A stretch of 64,000 bases of DNA from Acidimicrobiales bacterium (GTDB taxonomy: Bacteria > Actinomycetota > Acidimicrobiia > Acidimicrobiales > GCA-2861595), in assembly GCA_035540975.1 (NCBI GenBank), contig DATLFN010000136.1, forward strand, positions 856 through 64,855. Direction: 5' to 3'. Numbering within the stretch: the first letter of the stretch is position 1; every line of letters begins with the position of its first letter. A program made the position numbers and the translations under genes. The notes under the pieces are model-generated. The model made no database searches. It was not told the DNA's origin and saw nothing but the letters and a program-made list of their open reading frames with translations. Positions 18,604 to 28,316 of the stretch are shown one piece after another.

Positions 18604-19506
18604 CTACGGACGACCGCCAGAGGCCGGCGGGACCGACTCGGGCGTGTAAGCGACGGCGGGGGTGTCGCCGGCGGTGTCGGTGCCCGTCGAGCTCTGCGAG
18701 CCGGCGTCCGCGGGCGGCGTGGTGGCCGGAGGGCCCGCCGGTACCGACTCGGGCGTGTACCCGGCGGCCGGCGTGTCGCCGGCGGTGTCGAGGCCGGTGG
18801 AGCTCTGCGAGCCGGTGCCGGTCGGCGCGCTCGGTGCCGTCGCCGGCTTGCCGGCGGGGACCGACGTGGGGACGCGGCCGGCGGCCGGGGTCTCGTTGGC
18901 CTTGTCGAGGCCGGTCTGGCCGGGGGCCTCGGGGCGGCCGGCGTCGTCGGCACGGTTCGCTTCGCCGTTCTCCTTGGCCTCCTCGCTGATCACCTCGCCG
19001 TCGACGCCCCCGTCGGTGGCGTCGGTGCTCACCCGCCCGCCGAAGTCAGCCTTGTCAGAGGCCTTGTCCGGGAACGAGAACGGCGTCATCGCCTCGACGG
19101 CGGCCGACACCGCGTTCTGGGCCGGGTCGGGCAGGACGCCCGCCGCCCCGGCGGCGGTCACGCTGGCCGCCGCCATGGAAATGCCGAACGTCGCCTTGGC
19201 GGCCACGCTCAACCCTGCAAGGAACTCACCAATCATCTTTCTCTTCCTCCACTTCGGTAGTCCGGCCGCCTGCGGCGCAGGCCCGGGGACGTTGCTCGCT
19301 GCCGTCGCCGGCAGGTCGCCCTTTTCGGTGAAGAAGCCCTCCGCCAGCATCGCCGCCAGTGCCACCGAGGGCGTCGGGACCGACCCGGCGCCTCGGCCGT
19401 ACAGCTCGTCGGTGAACACCGCCAGCTCGGCGAGCTCGGCGCCGGCGTCGCCGCCGGTGCAGAGCGCCTCGATGGCGGCGTCGTCGATGGGGGTGCGTTG
19501 GAACAT
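18604..19506 (-). CDS. membrane protein, putative anti-sigma factor (single TM, Ser/Thr/Pro-rich repeated ectodomain)
   Basis: ATG 19506 in ORF 18604..20046, 26 nt after the sigma gene stop: MFQRTPIDDAAIEALCTGGDAG.... The TM segment is MIGEFLAGLSVAAKATFGISMAAASVTAAGAAG. The C-terminus carries a tandem repeat GSQSSTG(L/T)DTAGDTPA(A/V)(G/A)YTPESVP x2. I saw no ZAS or other diagnostic anti-sigma motif. The function rests on gene position only. Confidence 0.55.
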   Translation of the reverse strand: MFQRTPIDDAAIEALCTGGDAGAELAELAVFTDELYGRGAGSVPTPSVALAAMLAEGFFTEKGDLPATAASNVPGPAPQAAGLPKWRKRKMIGEFLAGLSVAAKATFGISMAAASVTAAGAAGVLPDPAQNAVSAAVEAMTPFSFPDKASDKADFGGRVSTDATDGGVDGEVISEEAKENGEANRADDAGRPEAPGQTGLDKANETPAAGRVPTSVPAGKPATAPSAPTGTGSQSSTGLDTAGDTPAAGYTPESVPAGPPATTPPADAGSQSSTGTDTAGDTPAVAYTPESVPPASGGRP

Positions 19507-19532
19507 CTCAGCGTCGTGATCGGATCCCGAGC

Positions 19533-20117
19533 TCACAGGGGTACGCCCTCGCGCTCGAAAATTCTCCGGAGGGCGGCGAAGCCGCGGCGCTGGAGGGCCT
19601 TGACGGCGCCGGGGGACTTGCCCACCACCTCCGCCACCTCCTCGACCGTCAGGCGGCCGAGGACGCGAAGGACGACCACGTCGCGCTGGTCGGGCACCAG
19701 CCGCTCGCAGATCTGGCGTACGGCGTCGTCGCTCAGGCGCCGCACGGCCTCGTGCTCGGCGCTCGCCGCCGGCGAACCCTCGACGACACCGTGCTCGGGG
19801 ACGAACCGCTGCGGGCGGGAGCGAGCCCGGCGGCGCTCGTCGACGAGGCGGTGGTGGGCGATGGTGAACACCCACGAGCGGAACTGCGCCTCCGAGCCGG
19901 AGAAGGAGCCGATGCGCTGGAACACCGAGATGAACACCTCGCTGGTGACGTCGTCGGGCTCGGCGGCTCCCTGCACCCTGAGGTAACCGGTCACGGCGGG
20001 CGCCAGGGATCGCCACAGCCGTTCCGCGGCCCAACCCGTTCCGCACTGCGCGGCGGCGAGCACCGGGGCGAACTGCTCGCCCAAAGGGTCAGTGATGGGC
20101 TGGCGCGTTCCGCTCAC
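19533..20117 (-). CDS. ECF-type RNA polymerase sigma-70 family factor
   Basis: ORF 19533..20252 has a region 2-like FRSWVFTIAHHRLVDERRR and a region 4 HTH LRVLGRLTVEEVAEVVGKSPGAVKALQRRGFAALRR. I chose GTG 20117 as the start (194 aa). The upstream ATGs would add an Arg-rich extension. Confidence 0.8.
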   Translation of the reverse strand: MSGTRQPITDPLGEQFAPVLAAAQCGTGWAAERLWRSLAPAVTGYLRVQGAAEPDDVTSEVFISVFQRIGSFSGSEAQFRSWVFTIAHHRLVDERRRARSRPQRFVPEHGVVEGSPAASAEHEAVRRLSDDAVRQICERLVPDQRDVVVLRVLGRLTVEEVAEVVGKSPGAVKALQRRGFAALRRIFEREGVPL

Positions 20118-20631
20118 GTGTAGGCATGTCGACCATGGCCGCCGTGGTCTGAATCGAATCCAAAGGACCATACTCCGGCGCCTCGTGGGGGAGCCGACCC
20201 GGCGACCGCCGATCACGCTGGTGCGCCGGCTCGAGCTCCACAGCGCCGACATCCGCCATGTGCCGCACCTGGAACGGCGTCACCGACTGGTCCTGCCGGT
20301 GACCGGTCCGTCCCTCAACGGGTCGGGGGCCCGCTCCGAGCGCTGGGCGCTCCAGATCTGACGTTCACCGCCGAGTGAGCCAACGATGCGTGACGCGCTG
20401 CACCACGCGGAGCCCAACTTCAATAAAGCCCCAGGCGCGAACTGCCGACGATGCCGGAGCGTGGCATCCCTTGACACTCGGCGTGGGCGGAACATCGGGT
20501 TCGGTTGTCGTCGGCGCGTTCGCGGCTTGCCCCAGAGGGCTGTGCCGCTCCGGCGCCGGTCCTCGGGTCGTTCACACTCCTGCGACCGAGGGTTGCGGCC
20601 GTTGGAGCGGGTGCGGAAGGAGGTCGGCGCG

Positions 20632-22326
20632 GTGACCAGTTACAAAACATGGTTCCGCAGAACCAAGCGCTGCGGTGACGAGCGGGGCGCAGTGCTGATG
20701 CTGGCCGTCCCCGGGCTGATCGTCGCCATGGCCGCCTGTGCGCTGTCGGTCGACATCGGACGCCAGGCGCTCGCAAAGCGCGGCGTCCAGTCGGTTGCGG
20801 ATATGGCCGCCCTCGACGCGGCACGCGACCCGGCCAACGCGCAGGCGGTGGGCGAGGCGGCCGCAGCGAGGAACGGGTTCGACCTCTCCGTGGTCGGCAA
20901 CTCCTTGGCCGTCGAGGTCGGCTCGGTGGATGCCGCCAACAACTTCAGCGCCGGGGTGGAGGCCTCGGCGGTGCGGGTCACCGTCGGCTCAGTGGTCGAC
21001 TACATCTTCGCCCCCGGCACCCGGGCGGTGAAGGCCCGGGCGGTGGCCAAGATCCACGACCCCAAGCGGGCCGGCTTGATGATCGGGTCGTCGCTGGCGT
21101 CGGTCGACACCACCAAGGCGCCCCTGATCGACGCCGTGCTCGGCCAGATGATGGGAGGCAGCGCGGACGTCGTGGGCTGGCAGGCACTGCTCAGCTCCCA
21201 TGTCACCCTCGGTGAGCTGCGAGGCGAACTTGTCGAGGCGGGTGTGGCGGCGGGCACGCCAGAGCAGTTGCTCGACGCCGATCTGACCCTGGCCCAGCTG
21301 GCTCAGGCCACCGCCGACGCCTTGACGGCCAAGGGCGACTCCAACGCCAGCCTCTACGGCGGACCCTACGGCATCGTGGCCCAGTCCACCACCACCACCA
21401 GGTTCAAGCTGGGCAGTTTCATGAAGCTCGACGTGGCCGGCGGGGACGCGGTGCTGGACGGCGAGATCAACGCCTTCCACCTGCTCACGGCCAGCGCCAT
21501 GGCGGCCAACGGCACCAACACCATCTCGATCGCCGACGCCGGCGTCAGCGTGCCGGGGGTGACCACCACCGCCCTCAGCCTGCAGGTGATCGAGCCCCCC
21601 GTGTGGGTGGCGGGAAGGGCGGGAGTGACCGCCAGCACCGCCCAGGTGCGCCTCACCGTCACCCCGCGCCTCGATCTGCCCATCACCGTGGCGGGGCTGG
21701 TGCTCCCAACGCTTACCGGCGCTCTGCCCTTGAGCCTCGAGGCGGCGGGGGCGCAGGGGACGCTGAAGCAGATCACCTGCCCCGACCCCGCCGGCGGGAT
21801 CGTGGTGGGGGTCGACACCAAGCCCTTCGCCGGCGACGCCTCGGCCACGCTGCGCGTCAGCGACGCCACCGGGCCGCTGCTCGACATCCCGACCACCGGA
21901 AGCATCCCGGAGACGACGCCGGCCGCCACCGATCTGGCGTTCTCCTACGACGACGAGTTCTGGCCCACGGCCGCCAGCAAGCGGGCGGGGTCGGTGCCCA
22001 TCGGGCTCGCCGGGCTCACCAGCTTCAGCCAGGACGGCGACCCCACGGTGCTGGGCCTCTTATCGGTCCCGATCATCGACGTGGTCAACGGTGCCTACGC
22101 CGCCCTCGGTCCGGTCATGGGCGACCTGGACACCACCATCCTCAGCCCGCTCCTCGCCACCCTGGGAGTGACCATCGGGGCGAGCGACGTGACCGCCATT
22201 AGGAGCGACTTCACCGGCTGCGACAGCCCGCCCTCCGGTGCTCGTCGGGTGATGCCTTCCAACCGGCCACCGACGCGCTCGCGACGCCGCCCCACGCACC
22301 TCCGCTGCGCCCCAACATCGTCGTGA
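20632..22326 (+). CDS. TadE/TadG-like N-terminal domain membrane protein (large extracytoplasmic region)
   Basis: GTG 20632 lies 9 nt after GGAAGGAGG. The N-terminus ERGAVLMLAVPGLIVAMAACALSVDIGRQALAKRGVQSVADMAALDAARD matches the TadE/G-like pattern. The remainder is Ala/Gly/Thr/Val-rich with no motif I recognise. The ORF tail (RRVMPSNRPPTRSRRRP) looks non-native, so the true 3' end is uncertain. Confidence 0.65.
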   Translation: MTSYKTWFRRTKRCGDERGAVLMLAVPGLIVAMAACALSVDIGRQALAKRGVQSVADMAALDAARDPANAQAVGEAAAARNGFDLSVVGNSLAVEVGSVDAANNFSAGVEASAVRVTVGSVVDYIFAPGTRAVKARAVAKIHDPKRAGLMIGSSLASVDTTKAPLIDAVLGQMMGGSADVVGWQALLSSHVTLGELRGELVEAGVAAGTPEQLLDADLTLAQLAQATADALTAKGDSNASLYGGPYGIVAQSTTTTRFKLGSFMKLDVAGGDAVLDGEINAFHLLTASAMAANGTNTISIADAGVSVPGVTTTALSLQVIEPPVWVAGRAGVTASTAQVRLTVTPRLDLPITVAGLVLPTLTGALPLSLEAAGAQGTLKQITCPDPAGGIVVGVDTKPFAGDASATLRVSDATGPLLDIPTTGSIPETTPAATDLAFSYDDEFWPTAASKRAGSVPIGLAGLTSFSQDGDPTVLGLLSVPIIDVVNGAYAALGPVMGDLDTTILSPLLATLGVTIGASDVTAIRSDFTGCDSPPSGARRVMPSNRPPTRSRRRPTHLRCAPTSS

Positions 22327-22622
22327 CGATCGAGGCACCGCGGTATTCATCTCCTCCCCGTTGGAGATCGCGGTCGTAGCGGTTGTCGCGACCCTGGCCG
22401 CCGTCGTGCAGCCGATTGAACGGACGGGGGCCCGGCGCCGGCATCGCGACGACGACGTCCTGTTCCGACGTCGTCGAGGTCCTCGCCACGGCCGGCACAC
22501 CCGGTGCGCCGCTGGGGAGCCGAAACAAGCGGGAACGTCCCCGATGTACGCGCTCGCGTCGATCGCCCACTCAACCCGGCTGTCCGGGATGCCGACGCCT
22601 GTCCGTGGCCCTGGAGGTACGG

Positions 22623-24782
22623 ATGGGAAGGCTCGGCGTCCTCGCCGTCACGATCTGCGTGATGCTCGCCACCGTCGGGGTCGCTCCGTCGGCCGCCGTG
22701 GGAGTCCCCGGCCGCGCCGCCGTCCCCGCCGACGACGCCGGGCGGGGGCTCGTCTACCGCGGGCTGCGCCCCGCCGACCCGGCCGGGCCGTGCGGCAACG
22801 GCTTCGAGGTGGGCGGCCCGGGCAGCGGGCGCTGCACCCACGGCCCCGACCCGGCGCCCGCCGGCGTGGACGTCACCCGGCCGCGATCGCTCGCCGCCCT
22901 CGCCGCCGAGGAGCCGTCGAGCGTCGCCCAGGAGGGTGCCGGCTCCATCCTGTGCATCGACGACGGCACGTCGGGGAGGCGGGTGCAGGCCATCTACGCG
23001 GTGGCCAGCGACAAGGCCGACCGCTTCGCGAGCATCGCCCCGCTCATCCCGCAGTGGGCGACCACGGTGGACGGCGTGTTCAACGCCAGCGCGGCGCAGA
23101 CCGGTGGCGTGCGCCACGTCCGCTGGGTGACCAACCCGGACTGCAGCCTGTCGGTCACCAAGGTCGTGCTCTCACCCTCGGGCGACGACTCGCTGTCCGA
23201 CACCGAGGACGAGCTGTACGCCAAGGGATTCAACCGGGCCGACCGCAAGTACCTGGTGTGGACCGACGCCAACGTCTACTGCGGGATCGCCGGCATCTAC
23301 GCCGACGACCGCCCGGGCCAGGAGAACCACAACAACGGCGTAGCGTGGGCGAGCCCGCTGGTCGGCCGCGTCGACAGCGGGTGCTGGGGCCGGAGCAACT
23401 CCGTCGAGGCCCACGAGCTGGTCCACATGCTGGGCGGCGTCCAGCGGTCCGCCCCGAACGCCACCTCCGGCTTCCACTGCAGCGACGAGTACGACCGAAT
23501 GTGCTACATGGACGAGCCGTCGACCATCCTGTCTTACGTGTGCCCGAGCACCCAGGAGAAGCTGCTCGACTGCAACAACGACGACTACTTCTCGACCGCC
23601 CCGCCGACGGGCAGCTACCTGGCGACGAGGTGGAACACCGCGAACAGCGCGTTCCTGACGGCGGCGTCGGCGCCGGCGGCGGACATGACGCCGCCCGCCA
23701 TCCCGTTCGGGCTGGCGGGTATCCCGGGCGACGGACGGGCGTCGCTGACGTGGTTCGCGGTGAGCGATGCCGACCTGGCCGGCTACCGGGTGTCGCGCAA
23801 CGGCACGCCGATCGCCACCACCACCTCGCCGGCGTACACCGACACCGGCCTCACCAACGGCGTGCTGCAGATCTACACGGTCTCGGCGTTCGACGCCGTC
23901 GGGAACCGCTCGCTCGAGTCGATGTCGATCGCGCTGACCCCGTTCGGCCTCACGGCGCCGGCGGCGACGACCACCACGACGACGCCACCGCAACCTCCAC
24001 CGCCCTCCGCGACCACGGTGAGCGCGCCGGGGGGCTACCGCCTGGTGGGGGCCGACGGGCAGACGTTCGTGTTCGGCGAGGGCGGCGCCACCGGCTCCAC
24101 CGGCCCGCTGCCCGTCGACCCGGCCCGGCCCGTGGTCGGGGCCGCCGCCACGCCCCACGGCACCGGCACGTGGGCGGTCACGTCGAACGGCTCGGTGTAC
24201 ACAATCGGCTTCGCCCCGTTCCTCGGGACCGCCGCCGGGTTGACGCTCGCCCGGCCCATCGTGGGCATCGCCGCCACGCCCTCGGGCGGCGGTTACTGGC
24301 TGGTCGCGTCGGACGGCGGCATCTTCGCCTTCGGCGACGCCCGCTTCTTGGGCTCGACCGGCGCCATCAAGCTGAACCAGCCCATCGTGGGGATGGCGTC
24401 CACCCCATCGGGGAACGGCTACTGGCTCGTCGCCTCCGACGGCGGCATCTTCGCGTTTGGTGACGCCAGGTTCGTCGGCTCGACGGGAGCCATCAAGCTG
24501 AACAAACCGGTCGTCGGCATGGCGTCGACCCGGGGCGGCAGCGGCTACTGGCTCGTCGCCTCCGACGGCGGTGTCTTCGCGTTCGGTGATGCCAGGTTCT
24601 TCGGCTCGACGGGAGCCATCGCGCTGAACCAGCCCATCACCGCCATGGTGCCGACGCCGTCGGGCGCCGGCTACCGGTTCGTGGCCTCCGACGGCGGCGT
24701 GTTCTCGTTCGGCGACGCCCGCTTCTTGGGCTCGGCCGCCGACAAGCGCGTCACCGTCGCCGCCCTGGTCTCCGCCCGGTAG
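22623..24782 (+). CDS. secreted multidomain protein: HExxH zinc-metalloprotease-like domain, FN3 domain, Thr/Pro linker, six ~42-aa beta-propeller-type repeats
   Basis: ATG 22623 lies 7 nt after GGAGG. Signal peptide [27 protein letters not shown]. HExxH motif at [15 protein letters not shown]3-like segment [32 protein letters not shown]...[13 protein letters not shown]. Linker [13 protein letters not shown]. Then six repeats of [41 protein letters not shown]. Confidence 0.8.
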   Translation: MGRLGVLAVTICVMLATVGVAPSAAVGVPGRAAVPADDAGRGLVYRGLRPADPAGPCGNGFEVGGPGSGRCTHGPDPAPAGVDVTRPRSLAALAAEEPSSVAQEGAGSILCIDDGTSGRRVQAIYAVASDKADRFASIAPLIPQWATTVDGVFNASAAQTGGVRHVRWVTNPDCSLSVTKVVLSPSGDDSLSDTEDELYAKGFNRADRKYLVWTDANVYCGIAGIYADDRPGQENHNNGVAWASPLVGRVDSGCWGRSNSVEAHELVHMLGGVQRSAPNATSGFHCSDEYDRMCYMDEPSTILSYVCPSTQEKLLDCNNDDYFSTAPPTGSYLATRWNTANSAFLTAASAPAADMTPPAIPFGLAGIPGDGRASLTWFAVSDADLAGYRVSRNGTPIATTTSPAYTDTGLTNGVLQIYTVSAFDAVGNRSLESMSIALTPFGLTAPAATTTTTTPPQPPPPSATTVSAPGGYRLVGADGQTFVFGEGGATGSTGPLPVDPARPVVGAAATPHGTGTWAVTSNGSVYTIGFAPFLGTAAGLTLARPIVGIAATPSGGGYWLVASDGGIFAFGDARFLGSTGAIKLNQPIVGMASTPSGNGYWLVASDGGIFAFGDARFVGSTGAIKLNKPVVGMASTRGGSGYWLVASDGGVFAFGDARFFGSTGAIALNQPITAMVPTPSGAGYRFVASDGGVFSFGDARFLGSAADKRVTVAALVSAR
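24030..24779 (+). repeat. six tandem ~126-bp coding repeats (blades); copies 3-5 (24291-24668) are nearly identical at protein level
   Basis: Repeat units were counted in the translation, with frame and start confirmed at codon GGG 24030. Confidence 0.85.
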
Positions 24783-24825
24783 GGCGCGGGAGGGTGTTCC
24801 CGACGCTGGACCTGCAGACCGGGAT

Positions 24826-24985
24826 CGCTGGTCACCCCCGGTAGTCCACGCGCAGTCCCTCGAGGCCCCGGCCTGGTAGTGGCACACGGTGATGCGGAAC
24901 CCCGGCCCGGGGGCCAGGCCGGCGAGGTGCCACTTCGGTGTCCCTTGAAGTAGGAGCCAGCTCGGTCCGCCGACCCGCTCGACTC
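24826..24985 (-). mobile_element. degraded fragment of an ISAzo13-family (DDE_Tnp_ISAZ013) transposase
   Basis: Minus-strand frames give PKWHLAGLAPGPGFRITVCHYQAGAS, which I compare with the family motif remembered as R.WK..L..LA.E.GL.ITVCH.PPGTSKWN. A further piece, GLEGLRVDYRG-stop, lies in another frame. There is no intact ORF. The identification is from memory of the family motif only. Confidence 0.4.
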
Positions 24986-24993
24986 CCGCACTT

Positions 24994-25715
24994 TCAGATG
25001 CGCGCCCTAGTCGGTCCCGCCGTTGACGACTTCCTGGCGCTCTCGCAAGGGAGATCGAAGACAGTCGCCCGTGTCCCCGCTGCGCTCGACTTCCTCCGTT
25101 TCCCCCAGGCCCGGCGCACCACACCCGGCAGTCGAGCTTCCGGCATGGTGGCCACGATCTCATCGACATCTCGGGCCGCCATCCGCTCCAAGAGCGCGTC
25201 GAGTGGTTCACGGGCGCGCACCGTCGCCGGCCCCGGCTCCATGACCTGTTCCGCCCGTGCCATGGCCGGGTGATCGCCGGGGCGGACCGGCCGAGAACCA
25301 CCCGCTGATCGTTGACCACCGATGCCGTCCCGGGAAGCGTGCTCACGGCGGCGTCGGGAGCGCAGGTGAGCGGTTCGCGATCGGCCACCTCCAATGCCCG
25401 GCGCTCGCCCGGCCCGGCGCCCACGGTCGGCATCCCGGCCGCCAGCAGTGCGCCTTGCCGCCGCGTGGTCGTAGATGTCGAAGCCGAATCGCTCGAGGTG
25501 CCACGCGACCGGGGGCTCAAGTCTCACCGGGCGTCCCAGCAGTACACGACGACCGGCCGCGCCCGATCGAGCACCGCGGCGCGCTCGGGGCTCAAGCACT
25601 TGAGCGCCAGATAAAGGGCATCGGGCAGGTGCTCCTCGTCGAACTCGTGGCGGGGCAGGGCCTCGACGAGGTGGGCTCCGCATCCGAGGAGCTCGAGGCT
25701 GGCGACCCTGCCATA
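24994..25715 (-). pseudogene. rhodanese-domain / CBS-domain protein gene broken by frameshifts
   Basis: The pieces lie in three minus-strand frames. Rhodanese part: LVEALPRHEFDEEHLPDALYLALKCLSPERAAVLDRARPVVVYCWDAR-stop. Continuation: PVAWHLERFGFDIYDHAA. CBS-like pieces: LLAAGMPTVGAGPGERRALEVADREPLTCAPDAAVS...ASVVNDQRVVLG and VMEPGPATVRAREPLDALLERMAARDVDEIVAT. Boundaries are approximate. Confidence 0.45.
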
Positions 25716-25762
25716 CCGGCCGCGGCGGCATCGTCGGCGGTTCCACTGGAAGGCCAAGACGC

Positions 25763-26162
25763 ATGCTGATCGGGGAGGTGGCCCCGGCGCTCCGGCTTCA
25801 ACGCCAAGACCTTGCGCTACTACGAGGACATCGGCGTGCTCGCCCGCCCACCTGGGGACCATCGGGGTACCGGGGCTACGACGAGCACGTCCTCGACCGC
25901 CTGCGCTTCATCCGCTCAGCGCAGGCCGTGGGCCTGTCCTTGGGGGAGATCCGCGGCATCGCCCTCGCGGACGACGGCCAGCCACGGTGCGGACACGTGC
26001 TGGCGCTCCTGCGCACCCGAGCCAACGAGGTGGAGCGTACCGCCGCGCAGCTGAGGACCCTGGGACGCGAGCTCACCCGCTTGGTCGAGCGTGCCGCCCA
26101 TCTCGACCCCAAGGATTGCGACACCGACGCGCGTCTGTCATCTCATCGGCCCCGAACGATGA
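25763..26162 (+). pseudogene. MerR-family transcriptional regulator with three frameshifts
   Basis: Frame 0 gives MLIGEVA, then nonsense, then SGYRGYDEHVLDRLRFIRSAQAVGLSLGEIRGI...DPKDC. The missing HTH (ARRSGFNAKTLRYYEDIGVLARPPGD) is in frame +1 between about 25784 and 25858. The expected C-terminal RVCHLIGPER-stop is again in frame +1, ending at 26162. The first two shifts sit at the runs CCCC (25782-25785) and GGGG (25853-25856). Confidence 0.6.
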
Positions 26163-26609
26163 CGGGGTCGACGACCGGAGTCACCCCCGACCAAGGCGCT
26201 GGCGGACGGCGGTCGCCCTCGGCGAAATCGCGGATCATCGGCACCCCGCGTGCGCACGGTAATGACCCCTTCCTGGACTCCGCAGCGGCCCGCCGACCCG
26301 ACCGGTAGCTGGCGATCCCGGACGCGTTCGCTCGTCCGACCCCTCCGCCAACAGGCAGCGAGCGGTGACGCCCAACGCCGTGGTAAGCGGGAGGGGGAGC
26401 GACCGATGGCCGATCGTCCTCACGAAGCGAGGCCGAACGGCCCTACGCACCGCGACCCCGGCTGAGGGTCCTTTCCCAAAGGCACGACGGAAACGAAGGG
26501 ATGAAGGCTCCATGGTTCTCGCACTCGGCCCATCCTCACTCGGCCGAGGCGCGGGGTCGAGGCCCTGACGACGGCAGCCGTCCGAGATCACGACGACGAG
26601 GAGGCCCAG

Positions 26610-27158
26610 ATGCGCGCACTGGTGGTGTTCGAGTCGATGTTCGGGAACACGCGGGACGTCGCCCGCGCCGTCGCCGACGGTGTGTCGTCACGGCTCCCGG
26701 TCGAGACGGTGGAGGTGGGTACGACGCCCTCGGTGCCGGGAGACGACGTGGTGCTGCTCGTCGTCGGTGGGCCCACGCACGCGCTCGGCCTGAGCCGTGC
26801 CGGCACGCGTGCCGACGCCGCCCGGCAGGCGTCGGGGCCCCTCGTCTCCACGGTGGTCGGGATCCGGGAGTGGCTCGACGCCGTCGACGCCGTCGACGCC
26901 GGCTCGCGCCGGGTCGTCGCCGCCGCGTTCGACACACGCGTCGCCAAGCCGCGGCTCCCGGGCTCCGCGGCCAAGGCGGCGGTCAGGCGCCTTCGCCGCC
27001 TGGGGTTCCCGATCGTGGCGCCCGCCGCCAGCTTCTTCGTCGACGGGACGAAGGGCCCGCTGCTCGACGGTGAGCTCGACCGGGCGCGGGCCTGGGGAGC
27101 AGAGCTCGGCGCCGCCGCAGTGCGAGGCTCCACCGAGTGTTCGCCGGGGCGGCCATAG
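26610..27158 (+). CDS. flavodoxin-like domain protein
   Basis: ORF 26610..27158 follows the RBS GAGGAGG. The N-terminus MRALVVFESMFGNTRDVARAVADG is typical of flavodoxin_5-type proteins. Confidence 0.7.
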   Translation: MRALVVFESMFGNTRDVARAVADGVSSRLPVETVEVGTTPSVPGDDVVLLVVGGPTHALGLSRAGTRADAARQASGPLVSTVVGIREWLDAVDAVDAGSRRVVAAAFDTRVAKPRLPGSAAKAAVRRLRRLGFPIVAPAASFFVDGTKGPLLDGELDRARAWGAELGAAAVRGSTECSPGRP

Positions 27159-27398
27159 CCAACGGCGAACCGGGGCTGGCCGCGTACCACCACGACGCCG
27201 GGGACGCCGCAGCGAGGGCTACGGAGCGCGTCGCCGAGTGCCGGGGCGGCGGCCCGGTCAGCCGCCGCGAGCGAGCGCGGCGAGCGACCGCGGGCAACGT
27301 GACACCGCGATGCCGGCGTCCCACCCCTCGCCGCTCGACGAGCCGATCGGCGGTCGCCTCGCCGGCGCCCGTTCGGCTTGCCTGTACGATGCGCCGCC

Positions 27399-27866
27399 GT
27401 GCCGGCGTGGAGGGCGGTCGAGGAGGCTGAACCGGTGTTCGCCCGGCGGGTGCGGCGGCTGTTCGACGCCGGTCGCCACAAGACGATCGCGACGCTGCGC
27501 AAGGACGGCTCGCCGCGCATCTCGGGCATCGAGTGCGAGTTCGCCGACGGGGTCCTTCGCTTCGGTTCGATGACCGGCGCCCGCAAGGGCGCGGACCTCC
27601 GACGGGATCCCCGGTTCGCTCTGCACGGCCCTACCTTCCACCCCGAGGAGGGGAAGGAGCGCGACTGGCCGGGAGAGGCGAAGATCGCGGGACGAGCCAT
27701 CCCCGTCGGGCCGGCCACGGACGAGGCGAGAGACCAACCGGACGGCGAGATGTTCGTCGCCGACGTCACCGAGGTCGTCATCACCCGACTCGACGCCGAG
27801 GCCACCGGGCTCGTGGTCGAATTCTGGACACCCGAGCGAGGACTACGAGCCGTCGACCGGGCGTAG
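27399..27866 (+). CDS. pyridoxamine 5'-phosphate oxidase-like split beta-barrel family protein
   Basis: ORF 27378..27866 contains GRHKTIATLRKDGSPRISGIECEF...LRRDPRFALHG. I prefer the GTG start at 27399, which lies 9 nt after a TACGAT -10-like hexamer. TTG 27378 is also possible. Confidence 0.6.
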   Translation: MPAWRAVEEAEPVFARRVRRLFDAGRHKTIATLRKDGSPRISGIECEFADGVLRFGSMTGARKGADLRRDPRFALHGPTFHPEEGKERDWPGEAKIAGRAIPVGPATDEARDQPDGEMFVADVTEVVITRLDAEATGLVVEFWTPERGLRAVDRA

Positions 27867-27896
27867 AGGGAGGGACGCACCCCGGTTTGCCCGCCG

Positions 27897-28316
27897 TCAG
27901 GCGGGCATGGGTAGCTCGACCCCCATCTGGGTGAGGATGGTCGCCTGGTCGTAGTACAGCTCGCCGGCGGTCACCATGCCGTCGGCGTCGTACGTCAGGA
28001 TCTCGCAGATGTCGAACGCGAGCTGCTGGTTCGATGGCGGGAACGGACCGAGCGGACCGTCGTTGCGCCCCCGGCCCACGAAGCGGGCGACGCTCGTGTC
28101 GCCGGCATCGAGGTACCGGGCGTCGTCGCACCGGGCGTCCGACATGGCCGTCGTCCAGCCCTGGAGCCACGACACGAACTCGTCGGGGCCCTTGACGGAG
28201 ATGGCCCTCGGATGGTCCACGTAGACCGCGTCGGCCCGGACCCGCTGGCGGAGCGCTTCGAACTCTCGCCGGTTGAACAGGTCGTGCAGCTCGCGGTGGA
28301 TATCGCTGGTCGCCAT
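27897..28316 (-). CDS. SnoaL-like / NTF2-fold protein (ester-cyclase-like)
   Basis: ATG 28316 follows GGAGGAGGG. MATSDIHRELHDLFNRREFEALRQRVRADAVYVDHP...FVGRGRNDGPLGPFPPSNQQLAFDICEILTYDADGMVTAGELYYDQ. The upstream part of ORF 27897..29201 is shadow sequence. Confidence 0.65.
   Translation of the reverse strand: MATSDIHRELHDLFNRREFEALRQRVRADAVYVDHPRAISVKGPDEFVSWLQGWTTAMSDARCDDARYLDAGDTSVARFVGRGRNDGPLGPFPPSNQQLAFDICEILTYDADGMVTAGELYYDQATILTQMGVELPMPA

Noticed and set aside
20271-20295. GGAAC motif as the -35 of an ECF-type promoter facing the TadG-like gene
   Set aside because: There is no CGTC/GTC-type -10 at the expected 16-17 nt spacing, and the nearest GTC is only 14 nt away. The site is also 360 nt from the start codon.
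23172-24990. Bulk of the 782-aa minus-strand ORF 23172..25520
   Set aside because: It is antisense to the secreted HExxH/FN3/repeat gene and compositionally a shadow. Only its first ~90 codons (about 25250-25520) contain CBS-like segments, and I assigned those to the frameshifted rhodanese-CBS pseudogene.
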